Below are positions 1 through 9,016 of a DNA stretch of 64,000 bases, piece after piece. A model generated the notes under the pieces. The model saw only the letters and a program-made list of their open reading frames with translations. It did no database searches and was not told where the DNA came from. Positions within the stretch are counted from its first letter, which is position 1, and each line of letters begins with the position of its first letter. The position numbers and the translations under genes are program-made. Origin of the DNA: Oikopleura dioica (taxonomy: Eukaryota > Animalia > Chordata); contig OU015567.1 of NCBI GenBank assembly GCA_907165135.1, forward strand, positions 14,570,001-14,634,000. Direction: 5' to 3'.

Positions 1-224
1 AAAAGGACAGAAACTCTTTTCCCTCAATCATTGAACAGCGGTTGTGCTTTCGGGCCCTCTCAAAGGAACTCGGACTAAAGGTCAAATCTATTTGGCTGGG
101 TCTGAAGTTGCGATGAGGGGCAACCCGAGGGGCGGAAGTTGTTTGCTGGTTGGGGAGAAAATTGGGTTGAGAAAATATGTCAAATAATAGCGGAAATGTT
201 ATTTAGAAGGTTTCCCGGGACAAT

Positions 225-1313
225 ATGCCACCCAAGAAGAAACAAGCGGTGAAAGAAACCCCATATGTATCACCAAAAGCCCCAACACCAGAATATACCC
301 AACCAAATGTTGGGGAAGATCAAAAAGAGGAAGAAGAAACGGAAGTGATGGAGAAGTCGGGAGACAACAAGACCCTTGAGCGAATGGAGAACGATATAGT
401 AGAACTTCACCGAAGAATGGCCCAACTCAACCGCAAGTTGACCTTGACGAGTCAGTCTGCAGATCTAGTATGTCCGGGGGAAATCATCGAAGCGTTAGCG
501 AAGGTAGAGGAGGAAACCGACAGATTCAAAGGGGAGAAAGAGGTATCGGTATACCAAGCGATTGCAGCCCAACAAGCATACACGGAATCCCTCACGTTGA
601 CTTTTGGACCCCCAGCGGGAATGTTGTACAAATTGTTGCGATTTTCCATCCAATCCGAGTTCCGACACTTGTCAAGAGTGGAGCAATCGGCGAAAATGTT
701 GTCACCAAACCATCATGTTTACAAGGAACTTCGAACAGTTTCAGCGTTGGTATGGGAGGTGATCAGCGACAGGAATCTGGCCTCGGATTGGGTGATAAGC
801 ATTCGGGAAAGCGTCCGGATCACCATGGAAAAAGGCTACAAGTTGGTGTTTTCAGAGCTCCTGGAGATGGTGGTTGGGGATGAAATGGTTTCGAGAAAAA
901 CAATGGAGATGAAAGTGCGGAGAGCAAGAAACTTGCTACAGCGTTTGTTTTCGGACGAAATGTTGGGAGTCAAACGTCTTCAAGAATGGATGGATGCAGA
1001 AAAGTCACCAAAGTTTACACGACGTCAGGCAATCGTGAAATTACGGGAGGTTTTCCCCTACCGAATGGAACTGCATGCTGGGAGCTACAAACTGTTGGGA
1101 TTGAGAGAAGCGGACAGAAGAATCGAAAATGGGGAGATCGAGAATTGGCCATCGGCATCGCCACCTGGATACTCCTCAGACGAGGAGCAATTGGAGACCG
1201 AGATGGAATTTGGGCGAAAGCGGCAGCGTTACGACGAAATGCCTGCCGGGAGAAGTTTGGATCAGATGTACGAAAGCCTCAAGATGAAAAGATCGGAAAA
1301 TTTGCGTTTCTAA
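225..1313 (+). CDS. Retroelement ORF1, putative Gag-like protein (362 aa)
   Basis: Long ORF directly upstream of RT, with a coiled-coil-like segment (LERMENDIVELHRRMAQLNRKL). No diagnostic motif, so the Gag call rests on position only. Confidence 0.55.
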   Translation: MPPKKKQAVKETPYVSPKAPTPEYTQPNVGEDQKEEEETEVMEKSGDNKTLERMENDIVELHRRMAQLNRKLTLTSQSADLVCPGEIIEALAKVEEETDRFKGEKEVSVYQAIAAQQAYTESLTLTFGPPAGMLYKLLRFSIQSEFRHLSRVEQSAKMLSPNHHVYKELRTVSALVWEVISDRNLASDWVISIRESVRITMEKGYKLVFSELLEMVVGDEMVSRKTMEMKVRRARNLLQRLFSDEMLGVKRLQEWMDAEKSPKFTRRQAIVKLREVFPYRMELHAGSYKLLGLREADRRIENGEIENWPSASPPGYSSDEEQLETEMEFGRKRQRYDEMPAGRSLDQMYESLKMKRSENLRF

Positions 1314-1431
1314 AAGATTCTGTCCCCCAACAATTCCTGTTAAAGCCTGTACTTAATCGTCAGAGACATCACTGAACAAGGGGAAATGGATTTTAGGCGA
1401 CATATTAGGAGCTCACATTGCATATGTTTAG

Positions 1432-3866
1432 ATGGGAAAATCGGAGAAAGATGTGGAAGTGGAGATGCAGCGTCGCTTGCAACAAGGAGAATTCAACCCA
1501 ACAGAACACCCGACAGTGGGCGCGAACCAGTTTGACCCAACACATCCAGGTGATCTGAATTTCAAAAGCGAGCAATGGGAGTTAGAGAGATGGTTAGAGT
1601 ACGGAGCCGTAGCGCTAGAATTATTTGAAAAGCTTAAGAAGGGAGAGGTTGAACCTAGTTGGGAGATGGTGAAGTTCCGAACAGAGTCGGAGTTTGTGGC
1701 AGGATCCTTTTCGAACCACCCCCAGATCTGGTTAATTTTGATTAACCAAATGCCACCGGAAGCGCGAGCGGAGATTTATCACTCAGTCTGGGAAGGAGTG
1801 AATTTATTTGATAACCTCCAGGAAGTTAAACTGTCAAAACCGGCAAGTTACAAGAGGGTAGAGTTTGGTACGTATTTCGAGCGGAACCCGGATAATAAAA
1901 ATCGTAGTCACCTACACCCAAAATCCAAAACGGATCGAACCTCCAAATATTACCCTAAAAACGTGTTGGTTCCGGTGTTTGCAAAGGGACCGCAGAGGGG
2001 TCAGCCGTTGAAGTTCAAAAACCCTGCATCGTTAATTAACCTTCATGAGTTTGTGGTGAAGCAGATTGTGGATTGGACTAAAAAGGGAGCGCTAGAAGTG
2101 TTGGGGAATCACATGCCGACACCGAGACTAACAAGTTCCATCATTGTGGTTCCAAAAAGCGGAGAGGAAAAATGGAGAGTCTGTTTTAACGGGGCACCAT
2201 TCAAGGAGTTGGAGAAGTTCTCCCAACCCTGCTCCATGGATGACTGTGCCACGGTTCTGCCTTTTTTGGAAAAAGGCATGTTAATGATGAAGGTAGATGA
2301 TAAATCGGGTTTCCACCACCTCCAGCTCGACCAATTTTCGCGAAATATGGCGGTTTGTGAATATGGGGGGATTAGTTTCAGATACAAAGCGGCTCCTTTT
2401 GGAATACCCAAAGTGCCAGGAATTTACCAAACGGTAAATTCAGTACCGGTGAATGCCCTGCGAAAGGCGGGCCACATGTGTTTTCTTTATTTGGATGACA
2501 GGTTGTTTTTGGTGAAGCCGGAGAGTAGAAAGCAAGAGCAAGAATGGAGACGAGGTGTTACTGCCCCAAAAGGTCCGATTATGGGTTTACTGCTCATGAC
2601 GGCAGTCGGTACATATATTAATCGGAAAAAGAGCGAATTAATCCCAACATCCAAGATTGAGTTCCTGGGTTTCGAGTTCAATACGGTGAAAGGAACGGTT
2701 AAGATTCCCCATGCAAAATGGACGGCATTTGTTGAGTTGGCTAGTGGGGTGAGAAGACGAAAAACCGTCACCTTCAAAGAACTAGAGAGATTGAGGGGAA
2801 AAATGTGCGCGTTTGCGATAGTTGCTACCAACATGCGGCTTTTCATCAGGCGCATTACGCAAGTATTGGTGGAGAATGAAGGAAAACAACATGTTAAGGT
2901 GACTGAGGAGTTGAGAGATGAGTTGAAAGTGTGGCTAGACTCTAAATATGTGAAGAAAGAAAGATCTTGGGTGAAAAAGGGCATTACTACGGTCGAGACC
3001 AGAGTGTACACCGATGCCAGCAACTATGCGGCAGGGATCTACATTGAGACAGAAGGGCTGGAGGTAAATGTACCCTGGGGCGAGGAGGACGCGATAAGTA
3101 GAGATTGCATTTTCCTGAAGGAAGCATGGGCAGTTTACCACGCCCTGGACGCATATGGTCACCTTCTGAAGGATAAGCGGGTTCATTTTCTTAATGACAA
3201 TATGTGTGTGGTGAGCTGTTTCGAACACGGGAGTCGCAAGAGCCCAGCCCTAACCCGACTTATCAGAATGATACACCAAAAAGCATGCGACCAAAATGTA
3301 GAAATGATGATGTCGTGGGTGAGTACGAAAGACCAATTGGCGGACGAGGCGTCCAGGGAGGTAGACGTGAAAGAAGCAATAGTAAGGAGAGCAGTGTTCC
3401 ACCAAATAGAGACCATCGTTGGTTTTCCAATGGAAGTGGATGGAATGGCGGCAGTAGGGAATGCGAAATGTGAAAAATACATTTCGATGAGAAGAGAACA
3501 CACGGCATGGAAACATGATTTTTCCGTGCTCACGATTTCGAGGGTAAAAACCTTTGGATTTTCCCTCCCCAAACAATTCTTAATGAAACCTACAAACATC
3601 TTGCAGAGTTTGCACAAAAGGAGAAGTGGGCGTTGTTGTTGTTGGAGTACGAGACTATATCACCAATCTGGGCAGATGTAGCAGGAAAGGAAAGTTTCAC
3701 TCGGGTGGAGTTGGGAGAACTAGAAGTACCAGTGCTGTTTCCAGCAATGGAGGAGCACCCGGAATGGGGCTACTGGAAAATACCAGAGCGAGCTAATCCG
3801 ATTCTTTTAGTGCACAAGCCGCCACAACACCCCCAACGACGAAAACGCTTGAAGAAGCTATGGTAG
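1432..3866 (+). CDS. Reverse transcriptase - RNase H - DNA N6-adenine methyltransferase-like polyprotein, frame break near 3519-3523
   Basis: RT motifs KVDDKSGFHHL, PFGIPKVPGIY and FLYLDD. RNase H motifs VYTDAS, LKEAWAV, LNDN and QLADEASR. The MT-like EVDGMA..NAKC..YIS continues in the next frame as LWIFPPQ...WALLLLEY to TAG at 3864-3866. Confidence 0.88.
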
Positions 3867-4036
3867 ATATGGAGACAATCAGGAGACAGCTCTGGAGAAT
3901 TTGGTGTGCTGAAAAGCAATATTGCGGAAATTGACAAACCACTAAAACACCCAACTATCCTCATTTTATTTCGCTGATAAGCTGGCGGAACGAGTAAAAA
4001 ACAGTAATGTTTTAGACTGATTTGGTGAAAAAAGAA

Positions 4037-4520
4037 ATGGAGGAAGTTCGGCGGATCGCGGCGCAATACTCGCGCACCCAACGACAACGAATGATTGATC
4101 TGCACAATGATGCTAATGTGGTGATTGAGAAGATGGACAGGGAGATTCGGGGCAGATGTCGGGAGACTGAGCTGATGGAATTGGCGGAAGAAGGCGTGAA
4201 AAGATTTACGAGCTTCGCAAATAAATTCTGTGCTAGCTTTCCCATGTATTTTCCCCTGTACAACGAAATGATCTGGAGTTTGCGAGAGGCCACTGCGGCA
4301 CGGCGGGTAGAATTCTCAAAATACCAAAATCTCTCCCGTTTCAACAAAGAAGTATTGAGGAGTCTGGAGATTTTTACCACCACTCATGTATCCGCCTCGA
4401 TATGTTCGATTTGGGAGTTGGAGATTTTAGGAGAGATCTAACTCGCATGAGGGAAGGCCGAACCCTAATTCCACCAACACTAGACTAAAAAGAAACCACC
4501 AAACTGCCAAACAAAAATAA
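4037..4520 (+). CDS. Retroelement ORF3, unknown helical protein; predicted intron 4388-4430
   Basis: ATG 4037 follows an acceptor AG at 4014-4015. Unspliced, the ORF ends at 4441. Removing the 43-nt GT-AG intron extends it in frame to TAA 4518-4520. Confidence 0.6.
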
Positions 4521-4555
4521 GCCGCCAAAATTGCTAACCCATCGCCTTTTTAGAC

Positions 4556-5851
4556 ATGAGTTTCGGAGAAATGGTACGGACATCGAGTTTCCACGCGAAA
4601 GCGTCAAAAACGAATGTGAAAAGAATGGAAGTTGGGGGAACCACCACCGCCAAGATCGCGCAAGAACAATACGAAACCATCATGGCGAAAAATATGGAGA
4701 ACAACCATTTTTCAACGCTGTACCGACGAATGAAGGAGATGGAGAGACGTTGCCAGGTCATGACGGAGCAGGGCCTAGAAAATCAAGACGAACTAGACAA
4801 CTTAAGAGCGCTCCGCAAGGAAAGAACTCGAATAGCTGGTATTTTGGAGAATGGGGGCAAACCGTCACGAAATGAAGAACTGGCGTACGCCAAGTCCAAG
4901 AACATCGATGAAGATATCAAAGAACTACAGCGGCAAGATCTGGCTCTTATGGTGGAGAATGAGAAGATGTTTGAGAAGGTGGAAAATGCCAAAAAATCCC
5001 TCAAAGACTATGCCCTAAACAACATGAAAACCACCTATGCATACAAACAAAATGATGAATTCTACAAGGTCGGGTCGGGAAGCTGCTTGCTACAAATGGA
5101 TCGTGAGGATGAGAGACAGGTGGGAGCGGCGTATGTGGCGTTTTTCAAAGAAGCAGACCTACGAAAGCTCACCCGAGAAGAAGTGACCCCCATTGTCAAA
5201 AGATACGCCGAGGCAATCCCTCCTTCGAACCCAGACCGACAGAAAGTCATGGATTGTTGGAATTTGTTGCGAGACCACCCAGACTGCCCACGCTTCCAGT
5301 TCTACGAGAAGGTTAAGCACACGCTTACGGATCGACATCGGGATGAATTTGTGGAGAAGTTCAACACGGTGTACGATAATGAGGAGCATCGGGCGGACCT
5401 GCAGAATAGTATGGATGAGAAAACCTGTGCCCGACAATTACTAGTCCAAAAAAGGACAACATACCACCTCTCGGACGCGCTAATGAAGGAGTACAAGGCT
5501 TACAAGGATCGAATGCCAAAAGATGAATTGGAGAAGTTGGGGATAACGGACGAGATGATCCGGACGTATGAAAATGGTCAGAAGAAGAAGAAAGAAGGGA
5601 AGAAAAATCACCAAAGGGATCGTCAACACTACAAAGGAAACCGACGACACAATAGGGGCGACCGTGATGGTAGGGATAGATATTACGACCGACGGCAAGA
5701 CCGACGAGATGGTGGGGGAAGGAGATATTATGACAAGCCGTACGACCGCCAAAGAGACTACGGGAAACCATACTGGAAGGAAGGAAAACAGGACCGAAAG
5801 GACTTCCGATCAAACCATGTTGGAAAAGGAGAAAATGGAGGAAAAAACTGA
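4556..5851 (+). CDS. Retroelement ORF4, unknown 431-aa protein with coiled coil and an R/D/Y/G-rich basic tail
   Basis: Uninterrupted ORF. The tail RHNRGDRDGRDRYYDRRQDRR suggests nucleic-acid binding. Confidence 0.7.
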   Translation: MSFGEMVRTSSFHAKASKTNVKRMEVGGTTTAKIAQEQYETIMAKNMENNHFSTLYRRMKEMERRCQVMTEQGLENQDELDNLRALRKERTRIAGILENGGKPSRNEELAYAKSKNIDEDIKELQRQDLALMVENEKMFEKVENAKKSLKDYALNNMKTTYAYKQNDEFYKVGSGSCLLQMDREDERQVGAAYVAFFKEADLRKLTREEVTPIVKRYAEAIPPSNPDRQKVMDCWNLLRDHPDCPRFQFYEKVKHTLTDRHRDEFVEKFNTVYDNEEHRADLQNSMDEKTCARQLLVQKRTTYHLSDALMKEYKAYKDRMPKDELEKLGITDEMIRTYENGQKKKKEGKKNHQRDRQHYKGNRRHNRGDRDGRDRYYDRRQDRRDGGGRRYYDKPYDRQRDYGKPYWKEGKQDRKDFRSNHVGKGENGGKN

Positions 5852-6006
5852 ACCCGACACAAAGGAAGAAACCAATTGTCTGTATACATAAAAAATCTGT
5901 GAATCTGGTGACCCAACACACTGTGCTTCCCACCACGTTATTATTGTAAAATTGGAGTACTGTAAATCTAGTGAAAACAGAATGATATCCAGCAATATTT
6001 AGATTG

Positions 6007-7140
6007 ATGGGGCGGAAGAAAAAACCAAACGCTTTCTCCAAAGACTCGGACAGGATGGATTGGATGGAGAAAAGATGGGGAACCTTCAAAAAGGAAAGGA
6101 AAAAGCCAGTCATCAACGCCAAGACGGTCAAACAATTCCTGGAAGTTGTGGACGTCCCAACACCAACACGACCAGCAGTTTATGGACAATGGGGAGGTAC
6201 CATCACCCGAGTGTTGGAGGAGGAAAGAGGAATACCGATGACAAAACAGGCGGCGATGGAGATATCCAGGTGGGCAAACACTCAGTCACGAGCATTGGCC
6301 AAGACTCAGCTGTTTGAGTCCAAATCAAGTCCCACCATGAGCCAAGAACGTTTTCTGAGAGTCTGCAAAGAATTTTGGAACAAAGAATGGAAAGACAACA
6401 CCTACAAAACGACCGCGCTGGCGGTTTATCTGGCGGGAAGTACTGGAGCGAGATTGGGGGAAGTGCTGGGACTGTGGATTGAAGATTTGGAGAAGTCGGT
6501 GGACAACGGCTGCACATTCATACGATTCCCCCTACGAGTATCGAAAACCAACGCGAACAAATCACGGCCCGAAAGCCTAATTCTCAGTGTGAGTGGAAAA
6601 GAGGAGATCCCGATACTGCGATGGATGACTGGCATCTTGAATGGACGAGAGAAAGGACTCTTGTTCCCAGGCACCACCAATGCGAAAATCAATGCTCATC
6701 TGAAAGCTCTTTACAAGAAGATGAACTGGAAGAACCCCCCAACTGGACACGGGCTCAGAGGCACGTTTGTGGTGAATAGTTTGGACGCTGGGGCGAGCAA
6801 GACAGACATTGTAAATCAATGCAGATGGCAGACGTTCCAAATGATTGACAGATACAGCAACCAGCACAGACAATGCACCACCAAAGGACCAGCACATGTT
6901 ATCGCAGAGCTGAAACAAGTGGAAGAAGGGAGACGAATCGAAGAAAGGAATAGGGAGCACAAAAAGAGATCCGAAATGCTTGAGGCATTGCTTCCAAAGA
7001 AACCGACAATCCAGTTGGCGATTCGTGCCCCAACAAAGACGGTGGCGTGTCAAACGGACCCGGAAGTGACAGAAGATAAGAAGGTCATGGAAAATGATCC
7101 GTATTACCAGCGATGGCAAAAATATTTTGAAACGCACTAA
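6007..7140 (+). CDS. Tyrosine recombinase (YR)
   Basis: Catalytic set R (TGARLGEV), K (SKTN), HxxR (GHGLRG), W (CRW) and Y (MIDRYS) in the expected order. Confidence 0.92.
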   Translation: MGRKKKPNAFSKDSDRMDWMEKRWGTFKKERKKPVINAKTVKQFLEVVDVPTPTRPAVYGQWGGTITRVLEEERGIPMTKQAAMEISRWANTQSRALAKTQLFESKSSPTMSQERFLRVCKEFWNKEWKDNTYKTTALAVYLAGSTGARLGEVLGLWIEDLEKSVDNGCTFIRFPLRVSKTNANKSRPESLILSVSGKEEIPILRWMTGILNGREKGLLFPGTTNAKINAHLKALYKKMNWKNPPTGHGLRGTFVVNSLDAGASKTDIVNQCRWQTFQMIDRYSNQHRQCTTKGPAHVIAELKQVEEGRRIEERNREHKKRSEMLEALLPKKPTIQLAIRAPTKTVACQTDPEVTEDKKVMENDPYYQRWQKYFETH

Positions 7141-7201
7141 AAAGCTGTTGGGAGATTAAAAATGTGGAGATAGGATGTTTTTTCAGGGGAATTATTTTAG
7201 A

Positions 7202-8264
7202 ATGATCACATTCCAAGTATTCGAAAATCATGAGTCGGTGTACACGTTGGGGGCCCAACTGAGAGCCGGAATGGTGATGAAAGTGGTGGGACAAGATGGG
7301 GATGTGCAGAACGCAAAAGCGAATGAACTCATGAGAGCAGCCATTCACCCAATCACCACGTCGCTCATTTCTCAAATCCTTCAGGACTGGAGAAGATGCA
7401 AGGCAGACCCGCACGTGCTGGCGGAACGGAAGTGGACCAAAGCGGTGAAGGAAGCAGCTATTACGAGATGGCTGGAGAACCCCGAATGTCTGAGCAAAGA
7501 AGAGAAGCGTTCATGGTTTGGAAGGGTGATGGAAACGGTGACAAAATCAGGAGTAGCAATCGCGATCGGAGATAGGGAGACATCGTGGGCGAAGCATGCC
7601 ATGGAGTCCACGTTCATCGAGTACGTGGAAGATGATAACGCAAATAGGGCCATCCCCGGTAAGAAGCTCCGAGAGAGACTCAAATACCTGACCCTACACA
7701 CCCATCTCTACACGAAGGCGATAAAAGAACAGACCGCGTCGGTGAGATCGATCTGGAAAGTGGTGGCGACAGCAGAGCCCTTGAAAAATAATGAAACCAT
7801 CAAATGCTTCTCCGGAACGTTCTCGGAGATCAATGATGTGGTGGCGAAAGCGCTGCCAAGAGCAGAGGCAGCAGGGAGAGTAGGGATGGCGTACTTGTAC
7901 GCAGAAGAAGTTCCACCGGCGTACAAACCCCTAGTAATCACCTACCGAGCGGGCCACTTCATGCGACTGAATGTGAGAAACAGAACGTGGACTTGGACAG
8001 CCATCGAAGCAGGTAACACTAGGCTTAACCCAGCCCGGTAATAAAGCCATCCTAGGACTAACGGGAGGCATAGAAAATTTGGTTGAAGGAGAAAGAGGAA
8101 GCCACATCCATTTCCGAAAGGCAAACGAAGTTGTGATTCTGGCAGTTGGGAGCGCTGAGGACAAAACAACAATTGAACAATGGTGGCAACAGCAAATTCA
8201 ACGTGATCCTCGACTCCTGGAAAAACCAATTATGTACCCTGCAAGCCTGTACTCGGACGAATAA
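7202..8264 (+). CDS. Retroelement ORF6, unknown ~339-aa protein; predicted intron 8013-8055
   Basis: ATG 7202 lies 1 nt after the acceptor AG at 7199-7200. A 43-nt GT-AG intron joins it in frame to the 8056-8264 segment. AATAAA follows at 8270-8275. Confidence 0.65.
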
Positions 8265-8363
8265 GTTTGAATAAATTGAAAATAAGGTGACAAAAACACT
8301 CCAAAACGCATACTTTGAGTCATGAACCAGACCAGGGATATCCAACAACGGAGTAAGGTAGTA

Positions 8364-8868
8364 GAAAAATTGTATCCAACTGTTGTATTTACGTCGATTA
8401 CTATGATAATCGACGTAATTATGAATACAATAAAATATATTTCCCAGAATAACCATCAAACCCTACAGATCCAATACGTGACCCCACTAGCCCGAGCGTG
8501 AGAACGAGTGTGGAAAGTTGGGGGAAAAAGAAGCAAAAGTTTCTAGAACGAGTGTTGTTGAGAGGGCGCCCGCGCAGTGGGGTGTCAGTTTCACTTTTAC
8601 GAAGATGACGAAAAGGTAAAAAATAGAAAAATTCCTCATTCCGGCCAGTTTAGTAGAAACTGAGCTGTAGAATTCGAGAAGTCAAGAAGGCAATTCTAAA
8701 ACCCACCCGCAAAGAAACAGGGAAAGGGAATGGTTGTAGGGCGATCGAGCAGGAGTTTCTTTGCTTCACCCAACCCCAGAAGAGCGTATAGGAGTATTTT
8801 TGCGTAGTAAGAGACGGTATCCGAAAAATTGTATCCAACTGTTGTATTTACGTCGATTACTATGATAA
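8364..8868 (+). repeat. Split direct repeats B1 (8364-8409) and B2 (8823-8868) around a putative A2 segment; 12-6-12 palindrome at 8389-8418
   Basis: Identical 46-mer gaaaaattgtatccaactgttgtatttacgtcgattactatgataa occurs twice. B1 continues into the right arm taatcgacgtaa and B2 does not. Confidence 0.85.
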
Positions 8869-9016
8869 AACACCGCAAATTTTCCCTCCATTTTCAAAAT
8901 TCAAAATTAGTAATTTTTATCTTTGGCTTTTTGAACTTTCAAAACGAGGCGTTTATACAAGGCTTCGTACAGAAGAAGAAGAAACATGTGTGCTTTGAGA
9001 TTTTGCATAGTAGGGT

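Larger units (their letters stand above)
1..8868 (+). mobile_element. Tyrosine-recombinase retrotransposon (PAT/DIRS-like, split direct repeats), 5' end outside the window
   Basis: Co-oriented ORFs with RT (YLDD), RNase H, Dam-like methyltransferase and tyrosine recombinase motifs. A 46-bp direct repeat at 8364-8409 and 8823-8868 closes the right end. Base composition is more purine-rich than the flanking host DNA. Confidence 0.9.

Noticed and set aside
3515-3526. Programmed -1 ribosomal frameshift between RNase H and MT
   Set aside because: GAT TTT TCC is not a canonical X XXY YYZ heptamer and no clear downstream structure was seen. An indel or an intron is simpler.
2109-7414. Many 60-256 aa minus-strand ORFs within the retroelement
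   Set aside because: They are antisense shadows of long purine-rich plus-strand ORFs, with no motifs or splice context of their own.
7202-8264. ORF6 as a Ngaro-type SGNH hydrolase (AIAIGDRE resembles block I)
   Set aside because: It has no catalytic Ser (GDR, not GDS), and no GxND or DxxH blocks were found.
8364-8868. Direct repeats with a hairpin as a CRISPR-like array
   Set aside because: Only two copies, 413 bp apart, in a eukaryotic retroelement with no cas genes. They are explained as split terminal repeats.
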